Assembly: GCA_964035545.1 (NCBI GenBank) | Contig: OZ037769.1 | Coordinates: 6,987,929 to 7,051,928 of the forward strand | Direction of reading: 5' to 3' | Source of the DNA: Bugula neritina | Lineage: Eukaryota > Animalia > Bryozoa | DNA length: 64,000 nucleotides | Shown: positions 49,001 through 61,149 of the stretch, one piece after another | How positions within the stretch are numbered: position 1 is the first letter of the stretch | Layout of the letters: each line of letters begins with the position of its first letter | The notes under the pieces: model-generated | Told to the model about the DNA's origin: nothing | Seen by the model: the letters and a program-made list of their open reading frames with translations, nothing else | Database searches by the model: none | Made by a program: the position numbers and the translations under genes

Positions 49001-52000
49001 TCAGCTTTCCCTTACAGATGACAATAGAAAGGTTGGTGCTTGTTCTAGAGCTGTGTGTACATGTGTAATAAGCAGTTTCCACTAATATTTTATCTTTATA
49101 ACTAATTTAGTTTTGGTGTAGTGTAAATTATTATTGCATTTGTGCAGGGAACAATCCGGTTTTACTGTACATTTCCATGTGCATTTTATGTTACTTCTAT
49201 GTCACTACGTTTCCATTGTTGGAATGTCTACTCAATCAGATCAGTTGAAAGTCACACATTCCTATATATAGTAGATTAGACTTCTCAAAGAATGACAACT
49301 CTAAGTAAACAGGCCTTTAACTCTGCTGTACATTTGGACAAAAATAGCCAATATTAACTTATTTTGGAGCTATTACTTTGCTGCAAATGTTAAAGATTTC
49401 CATTAATGCTATCAATAGGTTATACCTTGGAACTTTTTAGCTGTTGTATATGAGCCTATTTAGGATACTGTATAACACAACTCACTTACTCAATATAAGT
49501 CTGCATAACTTCAATTAGTTGATGTTACTCTAACATTACCAGCACCTGTGACACTGTTAATTGGGAGATTTGACTGTCTAGCGTTACAAAAATAGAGTTG
49601 AACGACAGACTAACACGCTACTTGTGGAGATGGCGCTACATTAGCACCAGCTGCATCACCAATTGCTTTATATCCTCTATCGTTTATTATCCTGTCTGAG
49701 TAATATATTATCTGAGTTCCAGTTAATACTTTACTGCTGATGTTCTCTGCTGAGTCAATAACTATGAGTTGAAGTTGAAACCATTGTTGGTAAACATCTT
49801 TAAGTTAGATGGCTTTTTAGATGACAAATTGCAAACTGTTAATCTTGTTTTATTGTAGGCTATTCATTCAGTGCCGTGGCTACAGTTCAATACTAAATCT
49901 CAGACTCTGCAAGGGTTAGCAGTGCCTCCCTTCTACACCCGAGAGTCTGGTGACAGAGTAAACCTCACTCTACGGGCCACAGACAGCACGGGGCAGACAG
50001 CATCTAGTCTTCTCACAATAGTAATATCATCGGATGACCTGTTCAAAATATCTCACGTCTTTGAAATGAATATTCGAACTGACTTTGTGTTGTTCACATC
50101 TGGTATTGAGCATGTCTCGTGGTGGGCTGGTAATATCACTGAATTCTTCAATAACTCTATAGACTCAATTCGAGTCCTAGAAGTTCACAACGCGTCGAAG
50201 ACATCAGTGATAGTCAAATGGTCTAATAACACCATTAATAATATCATACCTCCATATACGTGTCCTTTAGCTGATATCTTGCATGGGCTAAACCAGATGA
50301 GATCTGAGCTGTTCCAATCTGATCTCAATCAATTCATAATACAAGATGTGACTCTGGAGCTCCGTGGTGTGTGTCATGACTTCACCACGGCCCTTCCTTT
50401 GGCTACCTCTACACCTGAACAGATTACAACAGACTCTGCTAGCACCACAACACCTGTATCTATAGTCAGTAGGTTGTCAACTTACTTGAATGTATTTTAG
50501 TCAATGGGATGCTGCCGGTCATTCTTGACTTGTGTTGAATATTTAGTGTTGAGTGCAGAACCAGTGAAATGTGGTGCTCCAAATACAGCTTACAGCGAAC
50601 TGTGTGTATGTGTAATTATTTTTGTTTTACAGCCACTACAGCTAATCCACAGCCAATGGTAACTTCTACACTGGATGTACTTACTGTAGATTCTGGTATT
50701 TACTTTGAATATCAGATTCCAGAAAATACATTCTTAGATCTACAAGATGGAAACACAAGAAATCTCACTCTATCCTTACTAGACACTAACAGACAGGTGA
50801 ATATGTACATACGCCTACTGTTATACATACATGTATAAGTCAAATACTAAACCCATTACTGGGTGCTATTAATTTCACTGGAAGACAGCTGTAATATTAT
50901 ATTATATTAAATAATTCTGTTTACAGCCACTACCTCATGACTCATGGGTACAGTTAGACAGAGTTGAGCAGAAAGTATATGGACTGACAGTGTCACCATT
51001 CTGGTCTGGTATTTCCACTCAGTATAACTACACTGTGAGAGCATCGGATAGTCAGGGTAACCAGGTGCACACAACTCTAGTAGTCAGCATCTCTACCATC
51101 AATTCAGTGAGAGTGTCCCATTCCTTCAGTATGAGAATTCTCACAGACTATAGCCTGTTTACCAGTGAACTATCTCATGCTATATGGTGGGTGGGTAACG
51201 TGACCGCCCACTTCAATGAAAGTCTTAACGATATCACCACACTGAACATTGTGGACAGTGAATCTCCAGGTTTAGTGATATCCTGGTCTAACAACACTAT
51301 AAATAGTATAAATCCACCATACACGTGTCCTCTCTCCCTTATATACTCCACCTATTCTGAGTTAACTAGTGAGTCATTCCAATCAACTCTGAGTCAGTTT
51401 ATCATTGAGTCAGTCGAACTGAAACTTCAAGGTATCTGTGAAGGTTTTGATACGACTACTTCACTAATGACTACACCAACCACTACAGTCACCACACCAA
51501 CCACTACAGTCACAACGTCAACAACCACTTCAACTACAACTACACTGCCTCCCACCACAAGTATGATTTTTATCTTTTCATTATAAAATTATTATACCAA
51601 ACATTTTTATATTCTATTTTCTGTGAAATTTAAAGCATAGTGTATATCAGTTTGTTTTGTTGATTTGTTTTACAGCCACTACAGCTAATCCACAGCCAAT
51701 GGTAACTTCTACACTGGATGTACTTAGTGTAGATTCTGGTATTTACTTTGAATATCTGATACCAGAAAATACATTCTTAGATCTACAAGATGGAAACACA
51801 AGAAATCTCACTCTATCCTTACTAGACAGTAACAAACAGGTGTGTATTACTATATACTAGAGTATAGACACTAACAAACAGGTGTGTATTACTATATACT
51901 AGAGTATAGACACTAACAAACAGGTGTGTATTACTATATACTAGAGTATAGACACTACCAAACAGGTGTGTATTACTATATACTAGAGTATAGACACTAA

Positions 52001-55000
52001 CAAGCAGGTGTTTATTACTATATACTAGTATAGACACTACCAAACAGGTGTGTGTTACTATACTGGAGTATATTATAAACGTAGAAAATTCAAGCTCTTG
52101 GAAAAGGTTTGAATTTATTTCGATAAAAATTGAAAACGCGTTTTCAGACTCAAAGAGTGTGCACGATAAATGGTAATCAGCCAAATAAATCAAATCTGCA
52201 CCAATTTTTTCCGCACGCTTTAGCTGTTCAACATTTGGTCCACGTGAAATCATCTGAAATCCGCACACAACAACTCAGTCCGGGAAATCTTTCTAATATG
52301 ACCGGCACTAAACCAAGAGCATATTAGTAGCTACAGTGCAAAACTTTATGTGATGTGGACCAAATCTACAATTACAAGTATTATGCACAGTGTATAAGTA
52401 TAGTGAAGTAATTTTCTTCATACTCATATTACAGCAGAATAAGTTGCAGTGTTTTTTGTAGTTTACACCAACATGTTAAGAATTCCTTCAAAGATATTAA
52501 TAGCTTGAAGTAGTTGAGTATTTTGTAGCTAGAAATTAATATTTCAAGTATGTTATTCTGAAATTCTTAATGATGCTACAAATAATTTCATAACTGTTTT
52601 TATCAACTCTTGTAAGCAATGCTGGCAACAATCCTTCATGGTTTTAGAAATCAGCGTGTAGCCTTCTACCTGTGCTTCCCACCAAGAGTCATGAATATGA
52701 TATAGGAACTAATGCAACATAGTGATTGCACTTGTATATTTTATGTGTTTTACTCTGCAGTTTATAAAAGCTAATTTTAGTCTCGTAATATTTTGAATTT
52801 ATAAATCAATGGTGGTTCAATACCAGAAACATCTTCAAATTTTATTGTTACATTCAGGTATTCCTGCATGAATTAAGTTTGACTCACTACTTGAACAGTT
52901 GGTAAATAGATTAGTCTGTTTAGATGTGATACTTTTCATTTCAGCCACTACCTCATGACTCATGGGTACAGTTAGACAGAGTTGAGCAGAAAGTATATGG
53001 ACTGACAGTGTCACCATTCTGGTCTGGTATTTCCACTCAGTATAACTACACCGTGAGAGCATCGGATAGTCAGGGTAACCAGGTGCACACAACTCTAATT
53101 GTCAGCATCTCTACCATCAATTTAGTGAGAGTGTCCCATTCCTTCAGCATGAGAATTCTCACAGATTATAGCCTGTTTACCAGTGAACTATCTCATGCTA
53201 TATGGTGGGTGGGTAACGTGACCACCCACTTCAATGAAAGTCTTAACGATATCACCACACTGAACATTGTGAACAGTGAATCTCCAGGTTTGGTGATTTC
53301 CTGGTCTAACAACACTATAAACAGTATAAATCCACCATACACGTGTCCTCTCTCCCTTATATACTCCACTTATTCTGAGTTAACTAGTGAGTCATTCCAA
53401 TCAACTCTGAGTCAGTTTATCATTGAGTCAGTCGAACTGAAACTTCAAGGTATTTGTGAAGGTTTTGATACAACTACTTCACTAATAACTACACCAACCA
53501 CTACAGTCACCACACCAACCACTACAGTCACCACACCAACCACTACAGTGACAACATCAACAACCACTTCAACTACAACTACACTGCCTCCCACCTCAAG
53601 TACGATTTTTATTTTTTCTTTATAAAATTATTATACCAAACATTTTTATATTTTACTTTCTGTGAAATTTAAAGCATAGTGTATATCAATTTGTTTTATT
53701 GATTTGTTTTACAGCCACTACAGCTAATCCACAGCCAATGGTAGCTTCTACACTGGATGTACTTACTGTAGATTCTGGTATTTACTTTGAATATCAGATT
53801 CCAGAAAATACATTCTTAGATCTACAAGATGGAAACACAAGAAATCTCACTTTATCCTTACTAGACAGTAACAAACAGGTGTGTATTACTATATACTAGA
53901 ATATAGACACTACCAAACAGGTGAGTATTACTATATACTAGAATATAGACACTACCAAACAGGTGTGTATTACTATATGCTAGAGTGTAGACACTACCAA
54001 ACAGGTGAGTATTACTATATACTAGACTGCAGTGGTTCCCAACCTTTTTCATAAATGTTGACTATTAATCCCCCCCCTTTCAAATAGCAAAAATATTTTA
54101 TGACTTACGGAATGAGAATATATGATACAATGCAATATATTTTGTTCTATCATATTTGCATATAATATAATTATCATAATAGTAATATTATCATTATTTT
54201 TATGTTATCAAACGCAGAGCAGTTCAATTATTAATGTTATGGCTTCATTTAATACTTTTGTGCTAGCTTGCTTAAGCCTGGCTCCGTGTTTGACCAGGCC
54301 CATCTTAAGTCACTCTGCAGGTTAAGGCAGTTTCTTTTCTCTTTGAGATGGGAATCCTACCTCACACGGATAGGTGGTGCTGGACGGCACCAAAACTCTG
54401 CTTTGTCAGTTATGTGCGGGAAGAGTTTGCTTGTTGAAACCCACAATTATTTGGCACACTGATGTTAAATTTTTTTAAACTCAAACCCCAAACCCTCCAC
54501 ATCAAGCCCCCAACTTTTGAACCCTAAACCCCCACCCCCAAACTCCAGAACTCCAAGTGCAAACCCAAAATCCTTCCCCCAAACCCCTCTTTCAAACTCC
54601 AAATCCCAAACCCCGATATTGAAAACATATGCCATTTTTACTTACTTTTCCATTTGTGCCATTATTACCTGTGCCATTTCTACTGGACACTACCCACAAT
54701 ACATCAACTGGAGAAAATGTCAAATTACCCTTCATTGCTGAATTGTGAACCAATTCAATAAAATCCTCCTGTAACTCCTCTGAAAACTTTTCAACAAAGA
54801 GTTGCAATGGATCACACGTTAAGTTAAGAATCTAGCTCTTTCTTTTTGGGAGGTAGCTCAAAGAAATACTCTTGAAACTCCATTAAAAGTTCAGAGAGAT
54901 GCCTAGAAGTTTTTTTGAAAAATGATCTGGAACAGGTGGTGTCTGGTAAAAATGGCACAGGTAATAATGGCACAAATGGAAAATTAAGTAAAATGGGACG

Positions 55001-58000
55001 TTTTCAATATTAACATTGTAGATTTGAGTTAGGGGTTAGACGTTCAGAATGAGGTGTTTGGAGGTTTGGGTTTGGGAAAATTTAACACCAGTGTGCGATT
55101 TTTACTGGTGCCATTTTTACCTAAAATCGGAACAGGTTCTTTTTCTATCAAAGTTCATTGAGTGTAGGGAAAGACACCATGCTTTTGATAGAGATGTCAC
55201 CACTTTAGTGTAACCTTAAAAAAATTGCCGCTGCTATGAAAGGCAATGATATGATTGCACTCCTGCATTTTTAGGTTCAGATTATTCAGTGTAGCAAATA
55301 TATTCACTAGGTATGTAGTATACAGCTCATAGAAATTGACGTGCATGGCTGCTAAAAGTTGACGTGTTGGTTTTTGCATATTTTTTACTTCCATTCGAAG
55401 TAACACAGAGAACAGTTAGGGTAGAGTAATTAATAAACACACATTCATGTAGAAGTAAACTGAGATTGCAGAATATGGTTTAGTTAAACAGATGAACTAA
55501 GATGAAGATTTATAGACATGCATATACATGTAACTTGCAAGAGCTCAAAAACCGTCAACAAATTGCGTGAATTTTTCAAAATCCAAATTCCCCCTTTAAA
55601 TGTCCAAATTCCCCCCTAGGGGGGAATTCCCCCCAGGTTGGGAACCAGTGTGCTAGAGTATAGACACTACCAAACAAGTACACGTGTATTAGCTTAGGGC
55701 CAAATGTGACAGATTTTCCTCATGCGGGTTCAAATGGATGAAACTCTCTTGCGGGAATGACCTACTACACACAGTGCATAGTCTGCGGGTGCAGAAATTT
55801 ATTAGCTAATGATAATCACGTTGAAATTTACTGCTTGCCTACATGCGTTTGTTTTTATTGTTATGTCATATGCTCTGCAGCGAGAAGATGACTTTAGACA
55901 TTATAAGCGCGGAAAATGCAAACTATTGAAAAAAGTTTTAATTCGTTTAGCTAAAAATTAAAAGTTTGTATTCAAACTCGTAAAGTGTGCTTGATTATAA
56001 ATGGTAGTCAGCCAATTAGATCAAATCTGCTCCTATTTTCCGCACTGGCTGTTCAACAGTTTGCTCACATGAAACCATCTTGAAATCTGCACACACCAGC
56101 TCATTGCAGGAAATCTTTCTAATAGGACCTCACACTAAACCAAGAGCATATTAGTAGCTACGTTACAAAACTTTTTGTGTTGTGGAACAAATATGCAATT
56201 ATATTATGTATTGAGCATAGTGTATAGGTATAGTGAAGTAATTCTTTATATACTTATATTACAGAAGAACAGGTTTGCAGTGTTTCTTGTAGTTTCCTTC
56301 AACAATAATAATAGCTTGAAGTAGTCTTTTGTAGCTAGAAATTAATGTTATTTCAAGTATATTATTTTGAAATGCCTAATAATAACACTAGAAATAATTT
56401 GGTTGCTGCTTTCATCAACTCTTGTAAGTAATGCTGGCAAATTCACAGCTCTAAAGTTTGATAATGCCCATTTCAAACTTGATAATTCATAAATAATTGT
56501 TTTTAAAGTTTTTAAAGTAATCAATTTGGAAAATTTGAATCTGCAAGCGTTACATTATTGTAAAGTTCCAAATTATACCTCCCGTTCAATTACTTCACTT
56601 TTGGGCATGTGTCATTTTGCGAATTTGAACTATCCTTCCTAACTTTAGAAATCAGCGTGTACTACTTGCGCTTCCTAACAAAAGTAATGAATTCGATATA
56701 AGAACTAATGCAACATAGTGATTGCACTTGCATATTTTATGTGTTTTACTCTTCAGTTTATATAAGCGAATTTTGGTCTCGTAACATTTTGAATTTAAAT
56801 CAACGGTGGTTCAACGCAAGAAACATCTGCAAATTTTACTAGCATTACTTACATTGAGGTATTGCTGTATATATAAAATAGGTTTAACTCACTACTTGAG
56901 CAGCTGGTGGATAGATTAGTCTGTTTAGATGTGATACTTTTCATTGCAGCCACTACCTCATGACTCATGGGTACAGTTAGACAGAGTTGAGCAGAAAGTA
57001 TATGGACTGACAGTGTCACCATTCTGGTCTGGTATTTCCACTCAGTATAACTACACTGTGAGAGCATCGGATAGTCAGGGTAACCAGGTGCACACAACTC
57101 TAGTAGTCAGCATCTCTACCATCAATTTAGTGAGAGTGTCCCATTCCTTCAGTATGAGAATTCTCACAGACTATAGCCTGTTTACCAGTGAACTATCTCA
57201 TGCTATATGGTGGGTGGGTAACGTGACCGCCCACTTCAATCAAAGTCTTAACCATATCACCACACTGAACATTGTGGAGGGTGAATCTCCAGGTTTAGTG
57301 ATATCCTGGTCTAACAACACTATTAACAGTATAAATCCACCATACACATGTCCTCTCTCCCTCATATACTCCACCTATTCTGAGTTAACTAGTGAGTCAT
57401 TCCAATCAACTCTGAGTCAGTTTATCATTGAGTCAGTCGAACTGAAACTTCAAGGTATTTGTGAAGGTTTTGATACGACTACTTCACTAATAACTACACC
57501 AACCACTACAGTCACCACACCAACCACTACAGTCACAACGTCAACAACCACTTCAACTACAACTACACTGCCTCCCACCACAAGTACGATTTTTATCTTT
57601 TCATTATAAAATTTTTGTACCAAACAATTTTTATATTCTACTTTCTGTGAAATTTAAAGCATAGTGTTTATCAGTTTGTTTTGTTGATATGTTTTACAGC
57701 CACTACAGCTAATCCACAGCCAATGGTAACTTCTACACTGGATGTACTTACTGTAGATTCTGGTATTTACTTTGAATATCAGATACCAGAAAATACATTC
57801 TTAGATCTACAAGATGGAAACACAAGAAATCTCACTTTATCCTTACTAGACAGTAACAAACAGGTATGTATTACTATATACTAGAGTATAGACACTAACA
57901 AACAGGTATGTATTACTATATACTAGAGTATATACACTAACAAACAGGTGTGTTACTATATACTAAAGTATGGTGCGCGGTAAAAGTGGCATATTAAAAG

Positions 58001-60489
58001 TGGCACAGGTAGTTGTGGCAAGTAATAATGGCACAAATGGAAAAGTAAGTAGAAATGGAAAGTTTTCAATATTGGGGGTTTAGCCAAATTTGACATCAAT
58101 GTGCCATTTTACCTGATTTTCCATTTTTGCCATTATTACCTGTACCATTTTTTCCTAAAATCACTAGATTCTAGAATATACATACATACATAGAACATAC
58201 AGGTGTATATTACTATGAAGATGTTAGTAATAATAATTTCTATTTCAGGAAGTTGCGATCAATTCGTGGGTTCAGATTGATAGACCCACACAAACTCTGT
58301 TTGGGTTAGCAGTGGAGCCATTCTGGCAGGGTCAGGGGTCAACTAGCTTTTTCATACTCGCTGCTGATGCCGATGGAAATTCTGTAGCCACGGAGCTCGT
58401 CATAAAGGTAGCGTCCACTAACACTCTCCGCGTGTCGCACACATTCAATATGAAGATTCTCACTGACTACACTCTGTTCACCAGCGAGCTGGAGCACACC
58501 ATTTGGTGGTTGGGGAACGTGACTCGGTACTTTAACTCAGATCTGAGCTCAATTACTCTGACATCTCTCTCTGAGGGTTCCGTGGTAATCAGCTGGTCTA
58601 ACAATTCCATCAATCAAATAGATCCTCCATACATCTGCCCTGGATCTCAAATATACCAACAGTACAGAATTGTTAATGGCGGGGGCTTAGTCAACAGCCT
58701 TCCTCAATATTTGATACCCTCAATTGATCTAAAGCTACAAGGAATATGCAATGACTATACCACAACTACAGAAGTTCCTACTACCACTTCTACCATTTCC
58801 ACTACATCTACACCTACAACTACTACAGTGTCAACCACTACAACTACACCCACTACCACAAGTAAGTACATGACAACGTTTTCGTCTGTAAGTCAAACCC
58901 GCCATTTAGGAGTAAAACAGGAAGTCTCAGTAAGTGTTTCCTGTCTAGAATGTTCTCTGCTTGCTTGTAGCTACTCAACCCCAGCACCCTGTCGTACTGA
59001 ATACCCTGCCAGAACTTTCTGTACCGGCTGGTATCTTCACTGAGTTTATTATACCAGAAAGCACTTTCTATGACTATCAAGATGGTCCAACTCGCTCTCT
59101 CAATCTGGAACTACTCAATGATGAAGGACAGGTAAAATGTCTCACCAAACACCCTTGTGGTGCAAGACTAAGTCAATGTATCAATCTGTTTATCTGATTT
59201 CTTAGGTGGTAAACTGGCTTTATTGATGAAGTATATATATATTGCAAAGTGAAAATTGTGGTATATAAAAACTATTAGTTAATCAACTTTAACCTTGTAA
59301 TGTAATTTTGATATGATGCATTTTACCATATTTCTACTGTGCTATATTTGGTATGAATCCTGACTAGTTTGAAGGCTATGCACTGTGCATCATACCTTGG
59401 CTCAATAACCTAGCACCTCCAATGTGCAGTATGTATTTTATCTTAATCTATCCAACTATAATTTATAAGTGTATTATATTCTTGCAGGTAGTATCTCCAT
59501 CAAACTGGTTACAGCTCAGTTCTCTCAGGCAGTCAGTATCCGGTGTAGCCTCATATCCATACTTTGACGGGGCTTCTACCAACCAGAACTATTACATTCG
59601 AGCCTCGGACAATGAAGGAAACCACATAAACGCCTCCCTCAATGTTATCATAGATACTGAGAATCTGGCTAGTGTCTCTCATGTGTTTCTCATGACCATC
59701 ACCACAGACTTGTATCTGTTTACTCTAGATAGCAGTCACATTGTATGGTGGGCAGGAAATGTTACCAAGTTTTTTAACTCTGATATCTCCGACATTACAG
59801 TTCTCAATGTGACTGCGCCTTTAGTGACTGTTATGTGGAGTAATAATTCTATCCAATCAGCTTACACGTGTCCAATAGCATCTATCAGAGACCTCTACCA
59901 AATAGTATCCAGCGATCAGTTCATCCAATCACTGCCTCAGTTTTTTATCACATCAATTTCTCTCAAACTGGTGGGTATTTGCTCTGAGTTCAGTGTTGAA
60001 CCGACGGTTGAAACTACTACCACCCCTACTCCCTTTACAAACAGTACTACGAGCACTCTCCCTGCTTCAACCACACTTACTACCACAGTTGTTGCGACAA
60101 AGTTACCTCAGCAAACGCCTGATCCATTTTTAGCTCAGAAAATAGCAATACCAGCTGGAATAATTTTTGTAATACTTCTAGTTATAGTGATATTATTAGC
60201 CGTGCTGAGAAATCGGCGTAAATACCGCGGCAGGTCCCGCTTTGATGCAGACGGTCCTCTGTATGCGCCGAGGTCGCCTAAGCTAATGCCCGAAGAGACC
60301 GATACTACTGAGGACACTAACGGTCAGTTCAATGACCTCTTTGAAAGTGAAGTGATTGACTCACCAAATCAGGAATTCCCAAATGTTGAAAGACCAGCTA
60401 GCAAGGCTGCTCCCCCTGTTTACACGCTACCACCTCCTTTTCCTCACAACAAAACTCGCCAGTCAGATCAGGCTTTTGATTTGCCTTGA
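31094..60489 (+). CDS. Giant dystroglycan-like type I membrane mucin (~3716 aa, 17 coding exons) with six CADG+SEA-like modules
   Basis: Exons 31094-31222, 31881-31979, 32785-32976, 34509-34673, 43177-48607, 48862-49031, 49859-50468, 50633-50796, 50927-51560, 51676-51839, 52945-53599, 53715-53878, 56950-57583, 57700-57863, 58249-58861, 58971-59131, 59488-60489; phases are consistent. Signal peptide MALGLLTLTAIALFCGLVSG. DAG1-like N-domain: WIYYD..VSGVP; C..LDNPVSVIL; VFWDLSCQN resembles human LSWKLGCSLN; GHPVISWFLK..KRRLRR resembles GYPVVGWHIANKK..KRVRR. Then mucin, repeated G.YF.Y.IPENTF.D.QDG.TR.L.L / W.Q...Q.L.G (CADG) and V.WSNN...CP (SEA-like), TM IAIPAGIIFVILLVIVILLAVL, basic stop-transfer, APPVYTLPPPF. 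Confidence 0.88.
33900..34200 (-). mobile_element. Possible hAT transposase C-terminal relic
   Basis: Minus-strand ORF contains LRIVRCYNFSTASAKRGF, resembling the hAT dimerisation motif S(T/S)AxxERxFS; no TIRs identified. Confidence 0.35.
35675..41905 (-). CDS. Nested antisense type II transmembrane collagen (MACIT/collagen XIII-XXIII-XXV-like N-terminus), ~1505 aa, Lys-rich
   Basis: Exons (-): 41905-41633, 41543-41324, 40339-40322 (18 nt), 40217-36501 (3717 nt = 413 Gly-X-Y triplets), 36260-36120, 35823-35675. Short cytoplasmic N-terminus, TM FTLCLFVLGAVATLGVFYV, coiled coil, furin site RREKR, CYCKPGPAGPPG. The last exon boundary is uncertain: a gttagt donor overlaps the TAG, and a possible extra exon lies at ~35207-35172 (KTQGGGWSSST*). 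Confidence 0.9.
42558..42634 (-). promoter_or_regulatory. Putative TATA box and short non-coding first exon of the nested collagen
   Basis: Minus-strand TATAAAAA 42634-42627, CAG|GTATGT donor at 42558/42557, and an acceptor at 41922-41921 just upstream of ATG 41905. Confidence 0.5.
43370..47190 (+). repeat. Coding 54-bp (18-aa) mucin tandem repeat, ~70 units, with a 540-bp higher-order duplication
   Basis: Unit ~TT(N/D)(G/S)TVSINSTATTTS(P/T)(V/A). Lines 43441-43920 are identical to 43981-44460. Confidence 0.95.
51822..52065 (+). repeat. 42-bp tandem repeat duplicating exon end plus donor (also at 53861-54026/55651-55678 and 57846-57970)
   Basis: Unit GTGTGTATTACTATATACTAGAGTATAGACACTAACAAACAG; the junction CAG|GT is repeated. 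Confidence 0.92.
54030..55650 (-). mobile_element. Internally deleted hAT (Charlie/Buster-type) DNA transposon
   Basis: 15-bp TIRs CAGTGGTTCCCAACC / GGTTGGGAACCAGTG (1 mismatch). Minus-strand transposase relics YLVNIFATLNNLNLKMQ, EELQEDFIEL and RVLVPSSTTYPCEVGF (hAT dimerisation motif). Inserted in the 42-bp donor repeat at a tactagag-like site. Confidence 0.85.
57972..58162. mobile_element. Short MITE family copy (others at ~54939-55128 and inverted ~54450-54690)
   Basis: All three copies share GGTAAAA(A/G)TGGCA…GTAATAATGGCACAAATGGAAAA; the two forward copies end in TGCCATTTT…CCTAAAATC. Confidence 0.7.
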
Positions 60490-61149
60490 ATGAAACAAAT
60501 TCAGAAAACATGAACCTGTGGACATTTTAAAGATTTTTCAACATTGCAAACAAATACTAGTGATTAGTTTGCCAATCTGCTCTCTGGCCATTTTCATTTT
60601 ATGCAGCGTGTAATATCTCTTTGGTCATTTCTGACACTTCATGCATCATTACATTATTGTATTGTTTTAATTTTCTACACAAATTTGCCGGTTATAATCA
60701 TGTAAGCTTGCATAATATTATATTCTCCGTCCCTTTTAGTAATCTCTCGAGTGTATGTCTCTTTCTATTTACATTATATATATACTTTGCTATTTTTTAA
60801 TTCTATTATTTTTATGCAATTTTTTATATCATACTAAACTTTCTCTAGTCTGTGGTTGGATTTGATATACTTGTACATGATCTTGATATTAGTGTGGTAA
60901 TTTATATATATGTAATATATTAGCTTTTGGTAGTTGTGTTGAAGCTTTTGTATTATCCTGTATTTGTTTTTCTTTTTTTGCTAATGACATAATAAATATG
61001 GCATAATAATTATAGATCAAACACTCATTTGTGTATTAGCACTAACGTGCTAAATGAGTTTTAGAATCTATTATGGTTTTGAAATTAATAAGGCAATAAA
61101 ACAATTTATTTTCTTACTAGCAAGAAGTAGCTGTTTGTATAAGTTGTTT

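Noticed and set aside
51822-52065. 42-, 25-, 23- and 16-bp arrays as CRISPR-like loci
   Set aside because: Head-to-tail repeats without unique spacers, intronic, eukaryotic context, no cas genes.
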